Both the position numbers and the translations under genes were made by a program. The notes beneath the pieces are model-generated. The model saw nothing but the letters and a program-made list of their open reading frames with translations, was not told the origin of the DNA and made no database searches. From Felis catus (Eukaryota): DNA of 64,000 bases. Numbering within the stretch: the first letter of the stretch is position 1; each line of letters starts with the position of its first letter. The stretch is taken from assembly GCF_018350175.1 (NCBI RefSeq), contig NC_058380.1, positions 86,180,001 through 86,244,000 on the forward strand. Direction: 5' to 3'. This document shows positions 1 to 14,900 of this stretch, piece by piece.

Positions 1-1
1 G

Positions 2-2961
<2,960 letters not shown>

Positions 2962-3132
2962 AACACAGAGAGAAGACCAATCCCCATCCCAGAAGTGGAC
3001 CATTGTGGCCATAGTCCCCTCTCTTTAATCTATAGGTGGCCTGGGGCAGCCCAGAGAAGAGGTCTATAAAAAGTGGATACCACAGGTTGGCACGGCACCT
3101 CTGTGAACCTGGCTGATGTGTGGGCATGGTGG

Positions 3133-4710
3133 TTAGGGGGGCAGGAATTCACTGAGGTCAGGGCCTAAGGAGGGCCGCTGGCTTCGTTCCCGGATGTGGT
3201 CCAGGAGCATGTCGGTGGCTCGCTCCAGCAACAGAGGCAGCAGTTCCTGCTCCGCGGCGGAGAAAGAGCCCAGCACATGGGCCTGCACTGTATCAGGGTG
3301 GGCGGGGCGCCCGATGCCTATCCGCAGCCTCGGCATTGCCTGTGGGGGAGCCAGAGGGGGACCCAGGGAGTTTCGATGCCCCGTGCGGGAGGCCCCCATG
3401 TTGGCCCACCACACCCAGGGCAGGGGCAAAGGGGCAGACTCACATGGGAGTTGAGACAGCTAATGCAGGAACGGACTCCGTTGTGGCCCCTTCAAGGGAT
3501 ATGGGAGGGACAATTAGTGCTTCCCTGGGTCAGCACCCTTCACCCCTCCCAGCCCAGGCTGGTGTCAGAGCACCCCTCTTCCCTGCCGAGACTGGGATCG
3601 GCACTCCTCCCCCCACTCCAACTGGGAGGCTGTCCTCCCTAGCCCACCTTGACCTGCTCAGGGCCTCACCTGGCGCTTCCCCCCAGCTTCACAGCCACTT
3701 TCCCCAGGGGCTTGTCCAGCTCATCATGCACCAGGTAGACCTCCTCAGCAGTCAGCCCAAACAGCTCCGCTTGGCACAGGGAAATGGTGGCCCTGGTTAC
3801 TGCCCATCTGCCCAGAGGGCGTTGTCCCGACTCACGGCTCTCGTGAGGAGGGGCCGCAATTGACCCCATTTCGCATATAAAGAAACTGAGATTCCCTTAA
3901 GTACCCGAGGCCAGAGGCAGCAATTGCAGCTCAACAGGCACCTGGAGGTGAAGAGATCTACCGCCGCCCCAGAATCCCTTCTCTGGCCCCTACGCCCTCC
4001 CGGCCGGCCCATCTCTGGTGCCCTTGACTCACCGGCCCGGGCCACGCTGCGCCCGCTGGCGTTCATGAGCCGCCGGGGCCGAAGCAGGACCAGCTGGGCA
4101 TCCTCGAGCGAGGCCACGGCGAGGTCGGCCGCGCAGCGCCGGTCGCGCGCCCAGGTGTCCGCCACACCCAGACGCCGCGCCAGGTGCCCCAGCACCGCCA
4201 AGCCCACGCTGTGCCGCGTGCCGGGCAGTCCAGGGTTCCCCAGACCGGCCACCTGCGGGCGGCACCGGGGAAACTGAGGTGCGACATCTCTCGCCGCCCT
4301 CTGGCTTACAGCGCCCCCTGGGACCCAAACCGGAGAAAGGGAAACGGAAGGCAGGGTAGAGTGAGGAAGGGGGGCCAGAAACCCCGGAGACGCCAGAAGG
4401 CTGAGTGCCCCGGGAGCTGAGTGGGCAGAGCGCCTGGAGCAGGAGCAGAGTTCCTGGAAGCTTACAGCCCGTCAGAATACTGGCCCCATTTTCCAGAGAA
4501 GATAACCGAGACAAGGAATTTGGGGGATGGTGTCTGGAGACAATGGCAGAACAGGAGCTAGCTAGGGCCCAGGAGCCCCTACGCCGCCGCGCCCCCGCCC
4601 CCGACGCCACTCACCAGCCACCGCTTCCCCGCGGGCCGGGGTTCCAGTGTGAGCACGCTCATGGCGCGACTCAACCACAGCGTAGTTCGCCGGCAGCAGT
4701 CTGGCCGCAT
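3133..4710 (-). CDS. PTRH1: Peptidyl-tRNA hydrolase 1 homolog
   Basis: complement join(4615..4710,4033..4252,3670..3769,3444..3489,3133..3339). Pth-family motifs [22 protein letters not shown] and RLRIGIGRP are intact. N-terminus is [18 protein letters not shown]. Confidence 0.95.
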
Positions 4711-4734
4711 GTCGCCCCCTTTCACGGTGTAGGC

Positions 4735-5210
4735 CCCGCGCCCTGACGTCAGTCAGGCCTCGACCAATCGCAGTGGCCATCCGTCCCCAGCGTCCAATCC
4801 CCGGGCGGGCCACGGGCCGCCATGCTCCTAAGGAGCGGAAGTAGCGGGGCGGCGGCTGAGCCCGAGCCTCCACTCATTCCGCGGCGCCGCGTCACAGTGT
4901 TCCTGTGGGGTTTCTTGTGGACTTGCGGAACCCTTGCGTGACCTCCGGATTGGGAGGAGGGAGGCTTGCTCTGGCCCCTGCTGTGGCCCTGCCTGGCTGC
5001 GGAAACCTGACAAGTCCTCTCCCTGATGTACCTCAGCCTGCCCCGCCCATAAGTTTGCTAACCTCTTCCGGGCTCTAACAACCCAGGGACCCCGGAGGCG
5101 TGGCCAGGGGGGCGGAGCCTGTGGGCGTCCTGGAGATGGTGCCTAGCAACGTCAGGGGTGGGCCTCGGGAGGTCCTCCCGGAAGGGAATTCAAAACAAAC
5201 TCCAGAGAGG
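4735..5210. promoter_or_regulatory. Bidirectional CpG promoter of PTRH1 and TTC16
   Basis: Head-to-head genes about 500 bp apart. Full CRE TGACGTCA 4744-4751, CCAAT 4764-4768 and 4794-4798, ETS CGGAAGT 4836-4842, GC boxes, RFX-like GGTGCCTAGCAAC 5138-5150. TTC16 exon-1 donor GAG|GTGCGT at 5209/5210. Confidence 0.75.
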
Positions 5211-5984
5211 TGCGTGAGAGGGTCGGGAGGGAAGAGACCGAGGCTGAGTTCTCAGGAAGGGTTTTAAGCACAGGAGAGGAGAGGCAGGATCGGTTGTGCC
5301 ATTCATTAAAGTCCCTGGCCGCTGCATAGAGAACTGAGGGCTTGGGACCTGTGTCCGGTGGGGAGTTCGGAGAGGTGGTCGGAGCTGGTGACCGGACAGA
5401 GATGGCATCGACCCAGACGAGAGGATGAGAGAAGAGAAGGGATCTAAGAGATCTTAAGGAAGTGAGGCAGACAGGACCCGAGGTGGACTCCCCGAGGTGG
5501 GAAAGCCTGGGGCAGGAAGTGCTCAATTTGGCCTGCTGGGCATGAGAGTCCCACAGGATAACCAGAGGGGCTGCAGGACCTCCTGGGCCTGCAGCTTGGG
5601 GCGGGGCCTCAGCTGGACACATTAAAGTGTTGGGTGTCAGGAGATGGATCTGGAACTGAGGGGAACCAGGAGGAGAGCAGAGGGCAGTGTGTGTACGAGA
5701 ACCCTGGCCCTTGACTTTGACCATAGGAGAGGGAGAGAAGCAGGACTGGAGAGAAATTGGAACATCCCTAAGGGGAAGGGGGCTAGGAGCGCCACCAGGA
5801 CCCAAACTGTTCTGGAGGCCTCCTACCAGCCTCATTTCCAGCCCTCGTCCATCCTGTAAAACACCTGAGGAGAGTGTGTCAGTGGAGCAGAGGTCATCTC
5901 TGAGGCCTCCCCCCAACTTGCTGTCCCTTGGTTCTAGGATGCTCTGGAACTTGACCCGGCTCCCTCACAGCACGTCTCAAAGCC

Positions 5985-8900
5985 ATGGGTGAATCCAGTC
6001 CCAAAGGGACCCTACAGCGCATCTTTGGGACCAGCCAGGTGTTCCAGAACATTGATGATGTAAAGCCAAAGGCCACGGGATTAACAGTGCCCCTCAAAGT
6101 CAGGGAGTAGTGAGTGACTATCTTATCCCAGGGTCCCAGGTTCCTACTCTGCACAGCCAGTGACATGCCCTACAGCTTTGGGTTGGTTACTCTCCCTCTC
6201 TGGGCTTCGGTGAACTCAACTGTATAACAGGGCTCTCCCACATCAGCAGATGAAGATGGTGGCCTGGATGAGCTCCAAGAAGGCCAGCCTCCTCTCCCTG
6301 GGTGTCTGTCTACCTGCCCAACCCTGTCTCTCCACCCAAGCCTCCCTCCTCCCAACCCACCTGCAGCTGCAGCTGTATGCCCTGGGCTGGCCAAAGTCAG
6401 GGCCAGCCCCTCTGCTTCCTGCCCCCCCCCCCCCACAGCTATCACCAAGGCCAGCAGTGCTTGGAGAGAGAGGACTGGGAGATGGCCGTGCTGTACTTTT
6501 CCCGCGCCCTCCACCTGAACTCCCAGCTGGTGAGCAGTGGGCATGGGCGGTTGCTGATACACACTTTGCCCTCACCGTTGAACCTGCCAGGCCCCTTCTC
6601 TCGGTCCCTTCTGGTAACTGAGCATCAGGCCTCAGCGGACGGTGGGGAGGGGACACAGCCTGGGTCCTCTCTCCCTCAGGTAGACTTCTATGCTTTACGC
6701 GCCGAGGCCTACATCCAGCTCTGTGACTTCTCCTCGGCCACCCTGAACCTGCGAAGGGCCTACTCCTTCCAGCCGGAGAACACCAAATACCTGGAGCGGC
6801 TTACCTTCGTCCTTTACCTGCAGGTGCCTGGGGCTGCCGCAGGCCCACCCAGGGCGCCCGCCTCACACCCAAGCCTGTTGGCTCTCCCTTCAGCTGTGGG
6901 GGTTTTCGTTGCTCCAGGGACCAGCTCCGCCTCTCTAGGGACCTTCTTGTCCCATCTGTACCTGCTGCCCCTCTCGTGGCCTCTCCCACCTCCAGAGCTG
7001 GGTAAAGTGTTTGGCAACATCGCCCAATGAGAGCTTTCTGCAATGATTACAGACAGTGGTCTCATTACAATGATTACCTGGGACTGATGAGCCTTTGAGA
7101 TACAGTGTGACCGGGGAACTAATTTTTTGGTTTTACTTAATTCATTAATTTAAATTTGTACAGCCACACGAAGCTGGTGGCTACTGTACTGGGCCACACA
7201 AACCTAGCGTCTAGGGAGGCTCAAGCACTAAAAAGCTAAGAGGATTCCCCATTCACAGTTCAAGACAAAAGTATTAAGTCATAAAATACCAACAAAGTCC
7301 AAGACTTGCTGTTTCTCTCTGTTCCTGTTTCTGTATTGCTGTCCCTCTCTTTTGTAATGTTTATTTATTTTTGAGAGAGAGAGAGAGAGAGCATGAACAA
7401 GGAAGGGGCAGAGAGAGGGGGGAGACAGAGAATCCCAAGCAGGCTCTGCATGGTCAGGGCAGAGCCTGATGCAGGACTTGAACTCACAAACCATGAGATC
7501 ATGACCAGAGCCAAAGTCGGACCCTTAACCAACTGACGCTGAGCCACCCAGGTGCCCCTGTATTGTGTTTTTGTCAACTGTATAATTCTCTTGCTGTGTC
7601 TCCCTAGCCCTGTATCTCTTTCCATCTCTGTCCCTGTCTCTCCATCTCTGTGTCTCTGTCCCCTGAATTTTCTCCTAGATCTGAAGGGCTGTGTCCCTGT
7701 CTCTTGTCTCTCTTCCCTCCTGCCCCAGTGGTGCCCCCTGCAACTGATAGGTGCTGCTGGGTTTCAAGCAGGAGTGACTCTCCGCTGTGTCCCCAGGGCC
7801 AGTGCCTGCTCGAGCAGTGTGCCTTCCTGGATGCCCTGAAAATCTTCTCTCAAGCCTCTGCACTCCAGCCCGAGAAAGCCAGCTTCCGTTACCGATGGTG
7901 AGTGCCCGGCATGTGTCCTTGTTCTCCTGGCAGCCCCTTCCTGCCCCTCTCGCCCGGCGGACAGAGTGCCTCTGCCCCCTACCCTCAGCATGGCCTGTCT
8001 CCTGGCCCTCAAACGGCACCAAGACTGCCTCTCGCTCGTCACCAAGGAGGTGCAGCTTGGCACGACCAATGCCGACGTCTACATCCTCCGGGCCAGGCTC
8101 TACAACTTCTTCCAGAAGGTAGAGCAGGGAGGGCAGGGCGAGGGTGGCCCTCCCCCTGCCTGGGTGCCTCCAGCATACCCTGTGATTACAGGAGGCCGCT
8201 AAGCTGTCCATGTGGCGGCGACACTGTCCTCTCCGGGCAGAGTCCCCAGCCGTCACTGACCACTCAGCATAGTTGTCCTGTTGTCACTCAGCTCTGGCTC
8301 TGTGCCAGGCCTGTGTCGGCCCTCAGAAACCCCAGGGTGAGAAACCTGTGCCATCCCTGCCTTTATGGAACTCACAGCCCAGGGGAGATGTCCTTAAGCA
8401 GATAATTGCACAAAGAATGATTTCACGAGTGTGGGGGCACCCAAGGATCCATTAGATAAGGCAGCCCTTCCTCCTCCCTTCCTTTGTCTTATTTTTTTTT
8501 AATGCTTATTTATTTATTTTGAGAGGGAGAGAGAGCATGAGCAGGGGAAGGCAGAATCCCAAGCAGGCTCCGCCTAGGTGCAGAGCCTGACGTAGGGCTC
8601 GAACTCACATAATATGAGATCGTGACCTGAGCTAAAACCAAGAGTCGGATGCTTAACCAACTGAGCCACCCAGGCACCCCCTTTCTCTCCTTATTTGCCT
8701 CAGTGAACATTTTAGGAGCCCTGCGCTGGGCATGGGGCCAGACAGTATAGGGAACAGCTTGGGGGCAAGGGAGACTTGGGGTCACAAGAGAGGAGGGGAC
8801 TGCAGGTATGAGAGGGCATCAGGCAGGGTCTTGTGAACTGAAGAGGACCCTGACTTCTTCCTGGGGAAGCAGAAGCCTCAAAGGGGAGCTCCCTGGGGCA

Positions 8901-11900
8901 GTGGGTTTTCAAAAGATCCTTTTGGCTCCCAGGTGGAGTTTGGGCTGGAGGGGCAGGTCAGGAGGCCGGGAGCCTGGGTGCCGTCCAGTTGGAGAGGAAG
9001 GTAGAAGGGAGGGTGGCCATGGGGGTGGCAGGAAAGGGGCAAGTCCCACAGTCCTTTGGAAGTCAGGAACAGAGACGGACGTGAGAGGGCTTGAGGGAAA
9101 GGGAAGGATCCAGAACAATGCCTGGTGTTCCTGCTTGGCCTGGTGCATGGGAGTGGGGGAACTCGGGGGGACGAAGGAAGGGCTGGGTGGGTTCACCTCA
9201 GTCACCAGGTGGTGCATCCTGGGGGTAGCCGGAAACCTGAGCCTCTCCGTGCTGGGGTCTGGGCTTCTGGGCCCCACAGTGACTCAGCGAGAGAGTCTCC
9301 TCCCGAGGCAGGAGACTCATAATTATTGTAATTATCAGTAATTGCTGACTGTGGGAGTTCAGCCCCTCCTGCCACCTCCACCTCTGTCATATGTACACAC
9401 CTTCAAAGCACTTGACCCATGCTCGTCTTTAAGACTCGAGGTAACCCCCTTTAGATACAACCCATTGTCCTCTTTTCACAGATGAGGAGCTGGGTCCAGA
9501 GGGCCTGTCCAAGGTCACACAGCCAGCTCTCATTGGTGCTGCCTTTGAACCCAAGCCCACCTGCTCCAAAGCCCTGTCCCTTGCCTCTGCCATCTTCCTC
9601 CTCCTGACTTCCGCTCGCACCTGGTGTCCACACTGTTTGCTGTGCTCACCCTCCAACCAATTACCCTACAGGCCACATAATGCTTGCTAAAACTGTTTGT
9701 TGACTCACTGACAGATTTGCTTACCCAGTGGAAGGTATTTGCCTGGGGATGTTTTCTGTTTGTGCCCAGGTCTGTATCTGTTCCTTGCCAGAGCAGTCTT
9801 GGGCTTAAAGGTCAGGGGAGTTGGGGAAGGCATGTGCGTGGGAGGATAGGGAGGAAATGACAGTCACGGTCAGGAGGACACACCCTCCACCCACCTCGAG
9901 TGGCTTTGAAGAAGTTCTCCAAGGAGGAGGCATCTGCAGCCCCATTCTATGGCAGAAACCACTCAGGCTGACCTGGCTCACCTGAGGTCACATCTGGAGA
10001 GGGACCAGCAGGGATGGGGCCTGGGATGGGATTTTCCCATAATGCTCCCTGCTTCCTTCATGAGGCAAAAAACAAAAGGCGGAATAGCAATGCAGGGGCA
10101 CTGAGGATGGGGGACACGGTGCCTGCCTGCCCAGAGAAAGGCCCCTATAGGCCCGGAGGTGTGCTTTCACCACGGGACAGGTCGGAGCTCAGCTGAGCCT
10201 GCGGCCCTGATGTCATCCTTGGCCCCCTGCAGCCCAGCCTCTGCTATCGAGACCTGCACAGAGCCTTGCTGTTGGACCCCAAGCACCCACAGGCCAAGGT
10301 GCTGCTCAAGATGATGGTGGACCAAGCCCAGCAGGCTCGCCAAGATGCCGGGATCCTAGCCGTGCAGGGCAAGCTTCACTACGCTCTGCAGCGCATCAAC
10401 TGTGCCATCGAGAACAACCCTCTGGATCCAGGCCTCTTTCTCTTCCGGTACTGTGTGGGGAGGTGCCCATCTTGGATCGTGCTGTGTGGACTCAGGAGAG
10501 GCCTTGATCCTCCCCAGGCTTCAGTTTCCCCATGTAGTCTCTAATAATCTTTCCCTACAACCCATTAGGGTCAAAGCTGGGGAGAAGGTTGTAGCTGCTC
10601 TCGCCCTTAGAGGAGGGGCAGGCAGCCGCCTCAGTTAACCTGGGAATTCTGGCCCCCCAGGCCTGCTGAGCATCCATGCTGGCAGGCTCAGCCCAGCTCA
10701 GTGGACAGGCTTGAGTTTGAATCTTCCCCCCGCCCAGGACTCAGTACACGATTTGGAGCCATTTAAGTTCCTTGAACCTAGGTTTGTGCATATAAACAGT
10801 GGGGTAAAACATCCGCCCCACATACAAAAAGGCCTTTTGTGTAGAGGTTGGCGTGCACCTGCTTCCCAAAAACAAAGGTGGAACAAACAAAGGTTTGAGT
10901 AAAACGAAACTACCAGTGACCAGCAGGTTATCCAAGTGGTAACCCAGAGCCCGCCCCACATCTAAGCTAGAGGCCGAGGAGGGGGGCCCTCACGCCACCT
11001 CCCCCGGTCAAGATGGTCCAGAGTGGCCAACAGTCTGGCTGGCCACCCCGGTTGGTGGGGGTGCCTTGGTCCTCATGCCCCTCCCCCGCAGGGGCATCAT
11101 GTACCGCCGCCTCTGGGAGTTTGACGCGGCTGTGGAGGACATCCTGAAGGCGCTGGACATGATGAGCGAGCACCAGGAGGACATCGCGCAGCAGGCGCAG
11201 CGGCAGCTGCTGCTGGCCTACAACGACTTCGCGGTGCACTGCTACATGCAGGGTGCCTACCAGGAGGGGGTGCTGCTGCTCAACAAAGCCCTCAGGGACG
11301 AGCAGCAGGAGAAAGGCCTGTACATCAACCGTGGGGGTGAGCGCCGGCTGCCCCTGCCCCTCGAAGTCTGGGCTGGCACTTGAGGCCCCCGAAGGAGGGA
11401 GGATGGGAGGAGGGAGAGAGCCTCAGTGCCCTGGGGACACACTTTGGGAAGTGCTGCCTTAGACAAGGGCTACAGTCTGTTCAAACTGCTGAGAATCAGG
11501 CTACTGGTAAAAGGTGCCCCGAGGCAAGGCAAACCTCGGCAGGCACCCTCCACCACCGGCAGGTGCCCTCCACCGCCCACGGGAGTTCGTAGCCACCAAT
11601 CTCAGAATCCCCTGGGGGTGGGGAAGCGGGGCTGGGGCTCCTGGGCACTGGGCTTGAGGACCCACTCAGCCCCCTGTCCCTGGGTCCCTGGGCCCCAGAT
11701 TGTTTCTTTCAGCTGGGCAACCTGACCTTTGCGGAGGCGGACTACCAGCAGGCGCTGGCACTGAGCCCACAGGACGAGGGTGCCAACATCCGCATGGGCC
11801 TGCTGCAGGAGAAGATGGGCTTCTGCGAGCATAGGAGCAGGTGCGTGACTTGTGGGCGGGACCCCGTGGCGCTGGGGGGCGGGGCATGGCTCGAGGCCGC

Positions 11901-14900
11901 CTGCCGGGACCCTGGGTCGAGATCCTCTGCTCTCCCAGGCAAGTTTTTGTGAAAAATTAGTCACTTTTTCCGGAATATTGTTATGGTAATTGCACTTTTT
12001 ATAAAATATCTCCAGTGTTCCGTGTGGGGCTTAAACTCAGGAACTGTGAGATCACCATCTGATCACCATCAGAGCCCTAACGGACTGAGCCACCCAGGCG
12101 CCCCTCCTATGTATATATTAACAATTAGTACCATTTTACAAAATGAAATAACGTTAAACTATCTTTTGACTTCCGATCTTATTATATATGCGACTATATC
12201 ATTCTTCTTTATTATTTGCATGGTATTCCATTTTATGGAAGTACCACAATTCATTTCTTTAGACAACTTTCTACTGATGAATATTTGGGCTGTTTTCTGG
12301 GATTTTTTTGTTGTTTGTTTGTTTGTTTGTTTGTTTTATACATAACATAATGAGCACCCAAGATATACATTTTCATGCATTATACTAGGAATGCCACAGT
12401 TAGATTGCTGGAAGCCAAATTGTGTTAAAGGGTGTGAACATTTAACATTTAAAAAAAAATTTTTTTTTCCAACGTTTATTTATTTTTCGGACAGAGAGAG
12501 ACAGAGCATGAACGGGGGAGGGTCAGAGAGAGAGGGAGACACAGAATCAGAAACAGGCTCCAGGCTCTGAGCCATCAGCCCAGAGCCCGACACGGGGCTC
12601 GAACTCCCGGACCGCGAGATCGTGACCTGGTTGAAGTCGGAAGCTTAACCGACTGCGCCACCCAGGCGCCCCTGAACATTTAACATTTTAAAACAATATC
12701 TTGGGACGCCTGGGTGGGTCAAGTCAGTTGAGTGTCCAACTCTTGATTTCAGCTCAGGTCTTGATCTCAACGGTTTGTGAGATTGAGCCCCACCTCCTTG
12801 GCTTCATGCTGATAGTGCAGAGGCTACTTGGGATTCTCTCTCCCTCTCTGTGCCCCTCCCCACTAGCACTGCCTCTCCCTTTCAAAAGAAATAAACTTAA
12901 AAAAAAAAAGAAAGAAAGAAAGAAAGAAAACCATAATATCCAATTGCTCTCCACAAATAGTAAGCTGCTGCAGACTTCCCCCAGGAAAGGAGTCTTGGTT
13001 TTCCCAATCTCCCTAGTGCCAGGTGTTAAGACTGTTTTCTTTTCTTTTCTTTCTTTTTTTTTTTTTAAAGACTATTTTCAACTCTGAGAATGCAGTAGGC
13101 AAAGAAACACTCTTGAGTTCATTTATGTTGCAAGTTTAAATGGCTAGTGCACTGCAGCACCTTTTGTGCGTGTTCATCATTATGGCTGGTCCCAACCAGA
13201 TTTTTTTTTTTTTTAAATGATAAATTGCTCTTTAAAACTTTTTGTTGTTGTTACAGAGTTCTTTGTAGGCTGGGAAAATTATTGTCTGCCTCTGTGGGAA
13301 AATATATTTCTCCTATTTATTAGCTTTCCTTTGTGGTGGTTTTGCTACTCGGTAATTTGGGATTAAATCGTAGTCAAATTAATTTTCTCCTTTTTAGCTC
13401 TTGGGTTTGTGACATTCTCAGAAGGGTCTTCCTTACCCGTAGATATTAAAAACATTCACTTAGAGGGGTGCCGGGGTGGCTCAGTCAGTTAAGTGTCTGA
13501 TTTGATTTTGGCTCAGGTCTTTTTTTTTTTTTCTTTTAATGTTATTTATCTTTGAGTGAGAGAGAGAGAGACACAGAGAGAGACAGAGAGAGACAGAGAC
13601 GGAGCATGAGCAGGGGAGGGGCAAAGAGAGAGGGAGACACAGAATCTGAAGCAGGCTCCAGGCTCTGAGCTGTCAGCACAGAACCCAGCGTGGGGCTCGA
13701 ACTCGTGAACCGCGAGATCATGACCTGAGCTAAAGTCGGATGCCCAACCAGCTGAGCCACCCAGGCGCCCCTGGGCTCAGTTCTTGATCTTACGGTTCTC
13801 GAGATGGAGCCCCACGTCAGGATCTGTGCTGACAGGCTGATAGCAAGGAGTCTGCTTGGGATTCTCTGTCTCTCTGCCCCTCCCCTCCCCCCACTTTCTC
13901 CCCCTCCCTCTCTCTCAAAATAAATAAGCTTTATTTAAAAAAAAAAAACATTCACTTATATTGGGGTCTTATACTAGCATTTAAGTGTTGGGGCCATTAA
14001 GAGTGTTACTGTTAGAAGAGCAGAGGGGCATGGTGGAGTTGGGGGAGCAGAGACCAGCCTGATTTTCCCCAGACTCCCCAATGGGGCCCAGCAATTGCTA
14101 TTTCCCTCCAGAGGGCCCAGCTCACAGCAGCCTGTGACCCACTGTGTCCTGCAGGCAGTTCCATAAGGCAGAGAGCCACTTCTCAGTGGCCATCCAGCAC
14201 AACCCCCGGAAGGCCCAGTACTACCTGCACCGTGCCAGGAGCCGGCAGCTCCTGCAGAACATTCTGGGGGCCCGCCTGGATGTTGCCACCGTCCTGCTCC
14301 TCAACCCCAAACAACCTAAGGTGGGTTCCTGCTGGGCCAGGAGGGCGGGCTCCAGAATCAATACCCACTGTTGCTTAAAGATACCCCTGTTCCCAGCAGT
14401 CTGGTTTCCTAGAAAATCTAACAGCGGCCAATGCCAAGCACTTACAGTGTGCCAGGTCCTGTTCTAGCCACTTCAACTTGCATTGCCATTTCCCCTCTTC
14501 AGCACCCCATGAGACAGGTAGCATTATTATCACCCCCAATTTGCAGGTGAAGAGGGTAGGGTTGGTTCAGAGAGGTCAGTTCCCTTGCCCCAGGGCACAC
14601 ACTTAGAGGCCAACCCCCCACAGGCTGGCTCCAGCACCTGCAGTTGGCTGGCCAGGTCAGGGTCAGTGTGCTCTCTTCCGGTAGGCCTCCTCACAGGCTC
14701 CTCCCAGTTCTGGAGCAAGAAGGTCTGGCCCTCTAAAAACCGCAGTTTGTAAACGCTTCCCACGTCAGCTCTGAGAAGGGCTCTGCAAGGGCAGGGCAGC
14801 GCCACACCCTTCGCCCCCTGCCCTGGCCCACACCCGGCTCTTTCCTGGCAGCTGCTCCCACTGATGGCCAACCTCTTCCCGGGCATGTCGGTGGAGGAGG

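Noticed and set aside
5152-5916. 254-aa minus-strand ORF in TTC16 intron 1
   Set aside because: Non-ATG start, low-complexity Pro/Ser composition and no family motif.
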